DNA from: the human T2T-CHM13v2.0 reference genome, Homo sapiens
Length of the DNA: 64,000 nucleotides
Assembly: GCF_009914755.1 (NCBI RefSeq)
Contig: NC_060926.1
Direction: 5' to 3' (one strand)
Position 1 is the stretch's first letter, and every line of letters begins with the position of its first letter. The notes below the pieces were generated by a model that was not told where the DNA came from, did no database searches, and was given only the letters and a program-made list of their open reading frames with translations. Shown here piece after piece: positions 44,955 through 56,398 of this stretch. A program made the translations under genes and the position numbers.

Positions 44955-46250
44955 TCTTTTTCTCTTTCAACTTCTATTTTAGAATCGGGGGGTACATGTG
45001 CAGGTTTGTTACAAAGGTATGTTGCATGATGCTGAGGTTTGGGGTGTGACTGAACCCATCATCCATATAGTGAACACAGTACCCAGTAGGTAGTTTTTCA
45101 GCCCTTTCCCCACTTTAGTGGTCTCCAGTGTCTATATCCATGTGTACCCAATGTTTAGTTCCCACTTATAAATGAGAAAACTTGGTACTTGGTTTTCTGT
45201 TTCTATGTTAGTTAGCTTAGGATAATGTCCTTCATTGCATCCATGTTGCTGCAAAGGTCATGATTTCATTCTTGTTATGACTGTGTAGTAGTCCATATAT
45301 TTATGTACTACATTTTCCTTATCCATTCACCATTGATGGACATCTATGTTGATTCCATTTCTTTGTAATTGTGAATAGCTCAGCGATTAATACTCAGGTG
45401 CATTTGTCCTTTTGGTAGAATGATTTATTTTCCTGTGTGTATATACTCAGTAATGGGATTGCTGGGTCAAGTTGTAATTCAGCTCTATGTTCTCTGAGAA
45501 ATCTTCAAACTGCTTTCAATAGTAGCTGGACAAATTTAGATTCCTACCAACAGTGTGTAAATGTTCCCTTTTCTGCACAGCTTCGCCAACATTTTTTTTT
45601 ACTTTTTATTTTTTTCTTTTAAATACTTTTGTTGAGATATAATTTACAGACCATACAATCCATTCAAAGTGTATAATTCAGTGGTTTCCAATATACTCAC
45701 AAATATACGTGTAACCACCACCATAGTCAACTTTAAGGCATTTCATTACCTCAAAAAGATACCCCATACCTTTTAACTATCACCTCCCCCAATCCCCTAT
45801 CTGCCCTGCCCAAAGTCACCACTTTCTGTCTCTATAGATTTCCCTATTCTGGACTTCCATGTGAAGAGAATCACAGACTCCAAACTACTTTCAATAGTAG
45901 CTGGACAAATTTACATTTCTACAAACAGTGTGTAAATGTTCCCTTTTCCGCACAGCCTTGCTAACATCTTGTATGACTTTTTAACAAAAGCCATTCTGAC
46001 TGGTGTGAGATGGTAAGTTTCTCATTGTGGTTTTGATTTGCATTTCTCTGATGATTAGTGATGATGAGCATTTTTTCATATGTTTGTTCCCTTCTTGTAT
46101 GTCTTATTTTGAGAAGTTCCTGTTCATTTTCTTTGCCCACTTTTTAATGGGGCTATTTTTTTTTGTTGTTGATTTGTGTACATTCCTTATAGATTCTGGA
46201 TATTAGACCTAATAAAATGCATAGTTTTCAAATATTTTTCTCCCATTTTG
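44955..46250 (-). mobile_element. 5'-truncated L1PA15/16-like element, interrupted at 45593-45877
   Basis: gggggtacatgtgcaggtttgttac...gatgctgaggtttgggg 3'UTR, followed by reverse ORF2 C-terminus. Confidence 0.8.
45593..45877 (-). mobile_element. L1MB-like 3'UTR fragment with T-rich tail
   Basis: ttgagatataatttaca...aaagtgtataattcagtgg...tttctgtctctatagatttccctattctggac, which is characteristic of L1MB 3' ends. Confidence 0.75.
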
Positions 46251-48067
46251 TCAGTTGATGGAAATTTGAAAAATATAAAGTTTGATAGAAAACGAGGTAA
46301 AAATTTTTCCAGAAAAGTTGGTAGAAAAGTTTAAAAATGAATAATCAGTATAAACACAATTGATATTTGTGAAGAATAGTATAGAAAAAATGGAACAAGT
46401 TTCAAAAAGCAAATTTAGAAGGCACCTTATACAAAAGAAGAAAAATCAGCACATAGAAAATTTATAGATCAGTAAAATAATTAGAAAAAAAATTGAGATT
46501 ATAATATATTCTGGAAAATGGGCTAAAGTTAAAGGATAAAGAATTCTAAAAGCATTCAGGCAGAAATATTTCATCTACTATGTGAGAAAAATATCCTATT
46601 GCTCTTACATTTCTCTTGAATAATGCTGAATACAGAAAGACAAGCTGTGTCATCTAATGAAGTGTTTATAAAAAGAATATGGTCATGTATAGCTTCATTT
46701 TTAATATAAACCTTATTAAATATGTAGCAAAATGCACCAGTTTATAGTTTTATCAATTTTGACAAATGTACACACTTGTATCATTACCATTCTAATCAAT
46801 ATATAAAACATTTCCTTCATGCCAGTTTCCCTATGAGTCTTAGCAGACACCACCCCCAGTCCCGAGGCAATCACTGCCTTATTTTTACAACTATAGATTA
46901 GTTTTGTGTATTATAGACTTTCTATGAAATCATACAGCATGTAGCCTTCTGTTTCTGATTCTCCACCCCCTCCATTATTTTTTTGAAATTTAAATACATC
47001 ATTGATTGCATAGTTCCTTTTTATTGCTGAATAAGAATCTAATTTGCAGGTATACTACAATTATTCTATAATTCTGTGATGGATATTTGGATTGTTTGCA
47101 GTTTTTAAGTATTATGAGCAAAGCCGCTAGAAATAATTGACATTTTATATGGACATAATTTTTCACCTCGTGTAAAAACTCAAGAATGTGATTGATGAAT
47201 TTTATAATGAATGCATATTTAACTTTAGCAAGTTTTTTGCTGAAAAAAAGCAAGTTTTTGTAAGTGGTTATTATATACTTCTACCTGCAGTGTTTGAGAG
47301 TTCTAGGTGATCCATGTCCCCATCAATACTTGGTATTGTCAATAAGGTTAATCTAACAAATACATAACAAAACCTATATCCTGTGATAAAGAACATCCTT
47401 CTATTTGTGCCACCTTAGAGCTTTCAGGGTAATTGATCATATTAGGTTACAAAATTGTTAGTAAATTTTGCATTGCTACACAAATGAAAATAAAAACAAA
47501 AGTAGACATAAAATTAATTCATGACTCAGAAGTTGAAAAACAAATTCCTAAGTGGTTCTGAGAGCAATGAATAAGATGATAATATTCTGAAAATCTGTAA
47601 GAGTAATAATTTAAAATACAACATCTTAAAACTATGAGAATTTTTTAATGCAGAAATAAGTTAAAAATGTAAATCCTTTAACTTCTGCATATCTACACAG
47701 GAACAAAAGAGCAAAACTAGATTAATTAAATATTCACCCAAGAAATTAGAAAAACAAAACAGAAAATAAATCTGATGGAAGGTGAAAGTAAAATTAAATA
47801 AATCCAAAAATGTATTTTCAAATACACAAAACAATTACATGCACAAATTAACAAAGGAAATCAACAATTTTTTGAGAAAAAATGAAAATAGGGATTAATA
47901 AAAGGAAATAATGAGATATAGAAAAATATAAGAATTGTATTTTTACAATATAATCCCTAGAAAAATTGGACACTTATAAAGGAAAATACTGATGACATTC
48001 TTCAGCTCTGTGTTCCCACTCGAATCTCATTTTGATTTGTAATTCCTATAATCCCCACATGTCAAGG

Positions 48068-48536
48068 TAAAAGCAGGCTGCCCAAGCCAGCAGCGGCAAC
48101 CTGCTTGGGTCCCCTTCCACACTGTGGAAGCTTTGTTCTTTCGCTCTTCACAATAAATCTTGCTGCTGCTCACTCTCTGGGTCTGTGCCACCTTTATGAG
48201 CTGTAACACTCACAGCGAAGGTCTGCAGCTTCACTCCTGAAGCCAGCAAGACCACCAGCACACTGGGAGGGACAAACAACTCTGGATGGGAGGAATGAAC
48301 AACTCCAGACGTGCCGCCTTTAAAAGCTGTAACACTCACCATGAAGGTCTGCAGCTTCACTCCTGAAGTGAGCGAGACCATGAACCCATCAGAAGGAAGA
48401 AACTCCGGACATGTCCAAACATCAGAAGGAAAAAAGTCCGGACACGCCATCTTTAAGAACTGTAACACTCACTGTGAGGGTCCGCGGCTTCATTCTTGAA
48501 GTCAGCAAGACCAAGAACCCACCAATTCCAGACACA
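48068..48536 (+). mobile_element. 5' LTR12 remnant lacking almost all of U3
   Basis: Aligns to 55927-56398 of the 3' LTR and ends gacaca. Confidence 0.92.
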
Positions 48537-48539
48537 TTT

Positions 48540-48557
48540 TGGCAGCCATGAAGGGAC
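48540..48557 (+). promoter_or_regulatory. Primer-binding site, tRNA-Arg type (diverged)
   Basis: tggcagccatgaagggac lies 3 nt after the LTR end and resembles TGGCGACCACGAAGGGAC. Confidence 0.8.
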
Positions 48558-49715
48558 TATCACCAAGCGGTAAGACTATCGCCTATCGCCAAGCAGTAAG
48601 TACTATCGGACCCCTTTTGCTTGCTATTCTGTCCTATTTTTCCTTAGAATTCAGGGGTTAAATACTGGGCACCTGTTGGCCAGTTAAAAGAGACTAGTGC
48701 AGCTGACAGACTAAAGACATGGGTGTCAGGCTTTCTGGGAAAGGGCTCTCTAACAACCCCCGACTCTTCATAATTGGGAGCATTGGTTTGCCTTGAACCA
48801 GCTTCCACTTTTCCTGTACTTCTGGGCTGAGCCGAGGTTAACAGAGAGGAAAGGCATTCAGCTCCGGGGTCCCGACAACAAGTTGGTTGACCCTGCGGCC
48901 ATGAGTGGAACTCTCAAAGGCATGTCACCCAAGTGAGACTTGCCCATCCCTTGTCCCCTGGGTCCTAACGACTGCCAGACAAACTTCCTCTCACTTCTCT
49001 TCTCTGAGGCAATCCCACTTCTAAAAACCACTCCCTGTCTCTGGTTCTTTTCTAGTTTCTCCTATAAGAATAATTTCTAGTATAAACTCCAGGACTCTAT
49101 TCCCTTCTTTAGGCAACCGGGCTCACAAATCAGAAAGACATAATTTTGACCCAAAGACCTGTCGTAGGGGCGACTATCTGGAATTTTAGGATCCTTCCTC
49201 AGACAAGCAGGCCTAACAAAAGCTATTCCTGAAGCTAAGATATGGGGAGCCTCAGAAATTGTATCCTTCCTATTCATATAAGTGAGGACAAAAGGCATCA
49301 CTCTTCCAACTCTGGAGATCCCTTCCCTCCCCCAGGGCATGGGCCTCCACTTCATTTTGGGGGCATAACATCTTTATAGGACAGGGGTAAGGTCCCAATA
49401 CTAACAGAAGAATGCTTAGGATTCTAACAGATATTTGAGAATGTGTTGGTAAGGGCCACTAAATCCGATTTTTGTCAGTCCTCCTTGTGGTCTAGGAGGA
49501 CAGGCAAGGGTGCAGGTTTTCGAGAATGCGTTGGTAAGGGCCACTAAATCTGACCTTCCTTGGTCCTCCTTGTGGTCTGGGAGGAAAACTAGTGTTTCTG
49601 CTGCTGCATTGGTAAGCACAACTATTCTGATCAGCAGGGTCCAGGGACCATTGCGGGTTCTTGGGCATGGGGAGAAACAAAACAAACCAAAACCATGGAT
49701 GGTTTTGTCTTTCAG

Positions 49716-51175
49716 ATGGGAAACACTCAGGCATCAACAGGCTCACCCTTGAAATGCATCCTAAGCCTTTGGGACCAATTTGACCCGCAAACCCTGAAAA
49801 AGAGGCAGCTCATTTTTTTCTGCACTATGGCCTGGTCCCAATATTCTCTCTCTGAAGGGGAAAAATGGCCACTTGAGGGAAGTATAAATTATAATACTAT
49901 CCTGCTGCTTGACTTTTTCTGTAAGAGGGAAGGCAAATGGAGTGAAATACCGTATGTCCAAGCTTTCTTTTCATTGAAGAAGAATACACAACTATGCAAA
50001 GCTTGCAATTTACATCCCACAGGAGGACCTTCCCCAGCTTACTCCCATATCCTAGCCTCCCTATAGCTCCCCTTCCTATTAAAGATAATCCTCCTCAAAT
50101 CTCTCCCACCAAGAAGGAAATAAGCAAAGAAATTTCCAAAAGACCACAAAAACCCCCAGGCTATCAGTTATGTCCCCTTCAAGCTATAGGGGGAGGGGAA
50201 TTTGGCCCAACCCGGGTACATGTCCCTTTCTCCCTCTCTGATTTAAAGCAGATCAAGGCAGACCTGGGGAAGTTTTCAGATGATCCTGATAGGTACATAG
50301 ATGTCCTACAGGGTCTAGGGCAAACCTTTGACCTTGCTTGGAGAGATGTCATGCTACTGTTAGATCAAACTCTGGCCTTTAATGAAAAGAATGTGGCTGT
50401 AGCTGCAGCCTGAGAGTTTGAAGATACCTGATATCTTAGTCAAGTAAATGATAGAATGGCAGCTGAAGAAAGGGATAAATTCCCTACTGGTCAGCAAGCC
50501 ATCCCCAGTATGGATCCCCACTGGGACCTTGACTCAGACCATGGGGACTGGAGTCATAAACATCTGTTGACTTGTGTTCTAGAAGGACTAAGGAGAATTA
50601 GGAAAAAACCCATGAATTATTCAATGATGTCCACCATAACTCAGGGAAAGGAATAAAATCCTTCTGCCTTCCTTGAGTGGCTATGGGATGCCTTAAGAAT
50701 ATATACTCCCCTGTCACCCAAATCACTCGAGGGTCAATTGATTATAAAAGATAAGTTTATTACCCAATTTGCTGCAGATATTGGGAAAAAGCACCAAAAG
50801 CAAGCCCTGGTCCCTGAACAAAATTTGGAGGCATTATTAAACCTGGCAACCTCGGTGTTCTATAATAGGGACCAAGAGGAACAGGCCAAAAAGGAAAACC
50901 GAGATCAGGGAAAGGCCACAGCCTTAGTCATGGCCCTCAGACAAACAAACCTTGGTGGTTCACAGAGGACAGAAAATGGAGCAGGTCAATTACCCAGTAG
51001 GGCTTGTTATCAGTGTAGTTTACAAGGACACTTTAAAAAAGATTGTCCAAGGAGAAACAAGCCACCCCCTCGTCCATGTCCACTATGCCAAGGCAATCAA
51101 TGGAAGGTGCACTGCCCCAGAGGACAAAGGTTCTCTGGGTCAGAAGCCCCCAACCAGAGGATCCAACAACAGGAT
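49716..51175 (+). pseudogene. gag: HERV9 gag, disrupted
   Basis: MGNTQASTGSPLKCIL, PFSLSDLKQIKADLGKFSDDP, MHR-like QGKE, zinc knuckle CYQCSLQGHFKKDC; contains stops and frameshifts. Confidence 0.9.
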
Positions 51176-51184
51176 CCAACAAAA

Positions 51185-53390
51185 GGGTGCCTGGGCCAAG
51201 CACCAGCTCATGTCATCACTCTCACTGAGCCCCAGGTATGCTTAACCACTGAGGGTCAGGAAATTGACTTCCTCCTGGACACTGGCACAGCCTTCTCAGT
51301 GGTAATCTCCTGTCCTGGATGACTGTCCTCAAGGTCCGTTACCATCCGAGGAATCCTGGGACAGCCTGTAACCAGGTATTTCTCTCAACACCTCTATTGA
51401 AATTGGGAGACTTTGCTCTTTTCACATGCCTTTCTTGTTATGCCTGAAAGTCCCACACCCTTATTAGGGAGGGATATATTAGCCAAAGCTGGAGCTATTA
51501 TCTACATGAATATGGGGAACAAGTTACCCGTTTGTTGTCCCCTACCTGAGGAAGGAACCAACCCTGAAGTCTGGGCATTGGAAGGACAATTTGGAAGGGC
51601 AAAAATTGCCCACCCAGTCCAAATCAGCCTAAAAGATCCCACCACTTTTCCTTACCAAAGGCAATATCCCTAAAGCCTGAAGCTCATAAAGGATTACAGG
51701 ATATTGTTAAACATTTAAAAGCCAAGGCTTATTAAGGAAATGCAGCAGCCCTGCAACACTCCAATTCTAGGAGTATAAAAACCAAACGGTCAGTGGAGAC
51801 TAGTGCAAGATCTTGGACTCATCAATGAGGCAGTAATTCCTCTATATCCAGTTGTACCCAACCCCTATACCCTGCTCTCTCAAATACCAGAGGAAACAGA
51901 ATGGTTCACTGTTCTGGACCTCAAGGATGCCTTCTTCTATATTCCCCTGCACTCTGACTCCCAGTTTCTCTTTGCCTTTGAGAATCCCACAGACCACACA
52001 TCCCAACTTACATGGACGGTCTTGCCCTAAGGGTTAGGGATAGCCCTCAACTGTTTTGTCAGGCACTGGCCCAAGATCTAGGCCACTTCTCAAGTCAAGG
52101 CATTCCGGTCCTTCAGTATGTGGATGATTTACTTTAGGCTACCAGTTTGGAAGCCTCATGCCAGCAGGCTACTCTAGATCTCTTGAACTTTCTAGCTAAT
52201 CAAGGGTACAAGGTGTCTAGGTCGAAGGCCCAGCTTTGCCTACAGCAGGTCAAATATCCAGGCCTAATCTTAGACAGAGGAACCAGGGACCTCAGCAAGG
52301 AATGAATACAGCCTATACTGGCTTATCCTCACCCCAAGACATTAAAACAGTTGTGGGGGTTCCTTGGAATCACCGCTTTTGCCCAGTATGGATCCCCAGA
52401 TGCAGCAAGATAGCCAAGTCCCTCTATACTCTAATCAAGGAGACCCAGAGAGCAAATACTCATCTAGTAGAATGGGAACCAGAGGCAGAAACAGCCTTCA
52501 AAACCTTAAAGCAGGCCCTAGTACAAGCTCCAACTTTAAGCCTTCCCACAGGAGAAAACTTCTCTTTATATGTCACAGAAAGAGCAGGGATAGCTCTTGG
52601 AGTCCTTACTCAGACTCGTGGGACAACCCCACAACCTGTGACATACCTAAGTAAGCAAATTGATGTAATAGAAAAGGGTGGCCTCACTGTTTATGGGTAG
52701 TTGCAGCAGTGGCTGTCTTAGTGTCAGAGGCTATCAAAATAATACAAGGAAAGGATCTCACTGTCTGGACTACTTATGATGTAAATGGCATACTAGGTGC
52801 CAAAGGAAGTTTATGGCTATCAGACAACTGCCTACTTAGATACCAGGTGCTATTCCTTGAGGGACTGGTGCTTCAAATACATATGTGTGTGGCCCTCAAC
52901 CCTGCCACTTTTCTCCCAGAGGATGGGGAACCAATCAAATGTGACTGCCAACAAATTATAGTCCAGACTTATGCCACCCAAGATGATCTCTTAGAAGTCC
53001 CCTTAGCTAATCCTGACCTTAACCTATATACTGATGGAAGTTCATTTGTAGAGAATGGGATACGAAGGGCAGGTTATGCCATAGTTAGTGATGTAACCAT
53101 ACTTGAAAGTAAGCCTCTTCCCCCAGGGACCAGTGCCCAGTTAGCAGAACTAGTGGCACTTACCCGAGCCTTAGAACTGGGAAAGGGAAAAGAATAAATG
53201 TGTATACAGATAGAAAGTATGCTTGTCTAATCCTACATGCCCATGCTGCAATATGGAAAGAAAGGGAGTTCCTAACCTTTGGGGGAACCCCCATTAAATA
53301 CCACAAGGAAATTATAGACTTATTGCAAGCAGTGCAAAAATCCAAAGAGGTGGCCGTCTTACACTGCCGAAGCCATCAAAAAGGAGAAGG
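51185..53390 (+). pseudogene. pol: HERV9 pro-pol (protease, RT, RNase H; no integrase), disrupted
   Basis: FLLDTG, LLGRD, VLDLKDAFF, YVDD (52117-52128), YTDGSS, SAQLAEL, LHCRSHQKG; homology then stops. Confidence 0.92.
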
Positions 53391-53590
53391 AGAGAGGAGA
53401 ACAGCAGCATAAGCGGCTGGCAGAGGCAGAGACAGACCAGCAGAGAGAAAGAGGAGACAAAGTCAAAGAAGGAAAGAGAGAAAGAGAAATAAAGTCAGAG
53501 AGAGAAAGAGAGAGAGAGAGGAAGTGACAGAGAGAGTCAGAAAGAGAGAGACAAAGAAGAAGTCAAAGAGAAAGAGAGATAGAAGTAGTA
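53384..53590 (+). repeat. AG-rich low-complexity tract
   Basis: Purine-rich (GA)n-like sequence with repeated aagtca units. Confidence 0.85.
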
Positions 53591-53649
53591 CCTATAATTG
53601 ATAATTGAAGGCCTTCTCTGTAACCCTATAACACTCCAATACCACCTTG

Positions 53650-54055
53650 TTGCCAGTGTAAACAAGGGCGTAGCCCAAAAGCACTGAGGCCACTGACAAC
53701 CCATAGCCTTCCTATGAAAAATCCTTAACCCAGCAGGTTTCCCAACAGAGGATCTAAATCTTAATTAATTACCATACAAAGTTCCGACCAGATCTAGGAG
53801 GAACTCCCTTCAGGACAGGATGATAGATGGTTCCTCCTGGGTGATTAAGGGAAAAAGACACAGTGGGTATTCAGTAAGTGATAAGGAAACTCTTGTAGAA
53901 GCAGTTAGGAAAATTGCCTAATAATTGGTCTGCTCAAACGTGCGAGTTGTTTGCACTCAGCCAAATCTTAAAGTTCTTACTGAATCAGGAAGGAGACATC
54001 TATACCAATTTTAAGTTAATATGGACTGAACAAGGTCTTATTAATAGCAAAGAAT
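53650..54055 (+). pseudogene. Second, divergent gammaretroviral pol relic (connection domain + RNase H)
   Basis: Manual translation gives SVNKGVAQKH*GH*QPIAFL*KILNP, IDGSSWVIKGKRHSGYSV, LGKLPNNWSAQTCELFALSQIL...IYTNFK and IWTEQGLINSK. Confidence 0.78.
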
Positions 54056-54159
54056 AATTGAAATCCCAAACTTACAAGGTTTTCAACAAAGTAAAGTTTG
54101 CTAAAAAAGTTAACAGTGTAACATGTATTATCCTAACTTCTAATCTTGTGGAAATCAGA

Positions 54160-54900
54160 CCTTATCAGTACCCCTCAAAGCTCAAGTCCATCAGCGCAGA
54201 GCCATACAACTAATACCCCTACTTATAGGGTTAGGAATGGCTACTGCTACAGGAACCAGAATAGCTGGTTTATCTACTTCATTATCCTACTACCACACAC
54301 TCTCAAAGGATTTCTCAGACAGTTTGCAGGAATAACAAAATCTATCCTTGCTTTACAATCCCAAATAGACTCTTTGGCAGCAGTGACTCTCCAAAACCGC
54401 TGAGGCCTAGACCTCCTCACTGCTGAGAAAAGAGGACTCTGCAACTTCTTAGGGGAAGAGTGTTGTTTTTACACTAAACAGTCAGGGATAGTATGAGATG
54501 CTGCCCAGTATTTACAGGAAAAGGCTTCTGAAATCAGACAATGTCTTTCAAACTCTTTTACCAACCTCTGGAGTTGGGCAACATGGCTTTTCCCCTTTCT
54601 AGGTCCCGTGGCAGCCATCTTGCTGTTATTCCTCTTTGGACCCTGTATTTTTAATCTCCTTGTCGAATTTGTTTCCTCTAGAATCGAGGCCATCAAGCTA
54701 CAGATGATCTTACAAATGGAACCTCAAATGACCTCAACTAACAACTTCTACCAAGGACCCCTGGACTGACCCACTGGCCCTTCCACTGGCCTAAATCATT
54801 CCCCTCTGGAGAACACTACAACTGCAGGGCCCCTTCTTCACCCCTATCCAGCAGGAAGTAGCTAGAGTGGTCATTGGCCAAATTCCCAATAGCAGTTGGG
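54160..54900 (+). pseudogene. env: env remnant: end of SU plus TM subunit, disrupted
   Basis: HQRR|AIQLIPLLIGLG cleavage site and fusion peptide, [22 protein letters not shown]6CC (CNFLGEECC), hydrophobic TM. Confidence 0.9.
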
Positions 54901-54922
54901 GTGTCCTGTTTAGAGGGGGGAT

Positions 54923-56398
54923 TGAGAGGTGACAACGGCTAGCAGTCCTCACTTACTCTCGGCACCTCCTCGGCCTTGGCATCCACTCTGGCTGTGCTTG
55001 AGGAGCCCTTCAGCCTGCCGCTTCCCTGTGGGAGCCACTCTCTGGGCTGGCCGAGGCTGGAGCCGACTCCCTCTGCTTGCGGGGAGGTGTGGAGGGAGAG
55101 GCGTGGGAGGGAATCGGGGCTGTGCGCAGCACTCACGGGCCAGTGTGAGTTCCGGGTGGGCGCAGGCTTGCCGGGCCCCACACTTGGAGTGGCCGGCCGG
55201 CACCACTGGCCCCAGGCAGTGAGGGTCTTAGCACCTGGGCCAGCAGCTGCAGAGGGTACGCCGGGTCCCCCAGCACTGCTGGCCCGCCTGTGCCATGCTC
55301 GAATTCTCGCCGGGCCTCAGCCACCTCCCCATGGGGCAGGGCTCAGGACCAGCAGCCCACCATGCCTGAGCCCCCCACCCATGGGCGTGGGCTCCCGCAC
55401 GGCCCGAGCCTCCCGAACAGGTGCTGCCTCCTGCTCCATGGCACCCAGTCCCATCGACTGCCCAAGGGCTGAGGAGTGCAGGCATGCGGCGTGGGACTGG
55501 CGGGCAGCTCTGCCCATGGCCCTGGTGCAGGATCCATTAGGTGAAGCCAGCTGGTCTCCTGAGTTGGATGGGGACTTGGAGAACTTTTATGTCTAGCTAG
55601 AGGATTGTAAATGCACTAATCAGCACTCCATGTCTAGCTAAAAGATTCTAAATTCACCAATCAGCACTCTGTGTCTAGCTAAAAGTTTGTAAACACACCA
55701 ATCTGTGCTCTGTGTTTAGCTAATCTAGTGGGGACTTGGAGAACTTTTGTGTCCAGCCAAAGGATTGTAAAGGCACCAATCAGTACTCTGTGTCTAGCTC
55801 AAGGTTTGTAAATGCACGAAGCAGCACCCTGTCAAAACAGACCAATCAGCTCTCTGTAAAATGGGCCAATCAGCATTCTGTAAAATGGACCAATCAGCAG
55901 GATGTGGGTGGGGTCAGATAAGGAAATAAAAGCAGGCTGCCCGAGCCAGCCTCAGCAACTCACTTGGGTCCCCTTCTGTGCTGTGGAAGCTTTGTTCTTT
56001 CGCTCTTCGTGCAATAAATCTTGCTGCTGCTCACTCTTTGGGTCCGGGCTGCATTTATGAGCTGTTAACACTCACCGCGAAGGTCTGCAGCTTCACTCCT
56101 GAAGCCAGCAAGACCATCAACCCATCTGGAGGGACAAACAACTCTGGATGGGAGGAACGAACAACTCCAGATGCGCTGCCTTTCAGAGCTGTAACATTCA
56201 CTGTGAAGGTCTGCAGCTTCACTCCTGAAGTCAGCAAGACCATGAACCCATCAGAAGGAAGAAACTCCAGACACGTCTGAACATCAGAAGGAACAAAGTC
56301 TGGACACGCCATCTTTAAGCACTGTAACACTCACCACGAGGGTCCACAGCTTCATTCTTGAAGTCAGCGAGACCAAGAACCCAACAATTCCGGACACA
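54923..56398 (+). mobile_element. Complete 3' LTR12 (1476 bp)
   Basis: tgagaggtga...ggacaca, with GC-rich U3, CCAAT repeats, AATAAA motifs and U5 tandem repeats. Confidence 0.95.
55570..55935 (+). promoter_or_regulatory. LTR12 U3 enhancer/promoter: tandem CCAAT (NF-Y-type) repeats, GATA site, TATA-like AATAAAA
   Basis: Six ccaatc motifs between ~55655 and 55897, cagataag at ~55916, aataaaa at 55925. Confidence 0.8.

Larger units (their letters stand above)
43600..47990 (+). mobile_element. Ancient, fragmented L1M relic (A-rich ORF1/ORF2 remnants) hosting younger insertions; probably resumes at 56702-57010
   Basis: Strong A bias with remnants such as cacccaagaaattagaaaaac and gaattctaaaagcattcaggcagaaa. 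A minus-strand L1M 3' fragment lies at ~46700-47345. Confidence 0.45.
48068..56398 (+). mobile_element. HERV9 (ERV9/LTR12) provirus, defective
   Basis: Two LTR12-type repeats, PBS-Arg, gag-pro-pol, env TM, PPT agaggggggat, 4-bp TSD aagg at 48064-48067 and 56399-56402. Confidence 0.95.

Noticed and set aside
49434-49585. 67-bp direct repeat (period 85) in the proviral leader
   Set aside because: It is real, but as I recall it is a standard HERV9 leader feature rather than locus-specific.
54160-54900. Syncytin-like domesticated env
   Set aside because: SU is almost entirely missing, and TM has a frameshift and a stop within the immunosuppressive domain.
54929-55596. 206-aa and overlapping ORFs
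   Set aside because: They lie in the GC-rich LTR12 U3 and are chance ORFs.
55570-56340. Periodic repeats that look superficially like a CRISPR array
   Set aside because: These are the U3 and U5 tandem repeats of LTR12, with no unique spacers and no cas genes, in eukaryotic DNA.
48068-56398. L1-mediated processed ERV pseudogene as the explanation for the missing U3
   Set aside because: The 3' LTR is complete with U5, there is no poly(A), the TSD is 4 bp, and the 5' end starts at the TATA-like box rather than the cap site.
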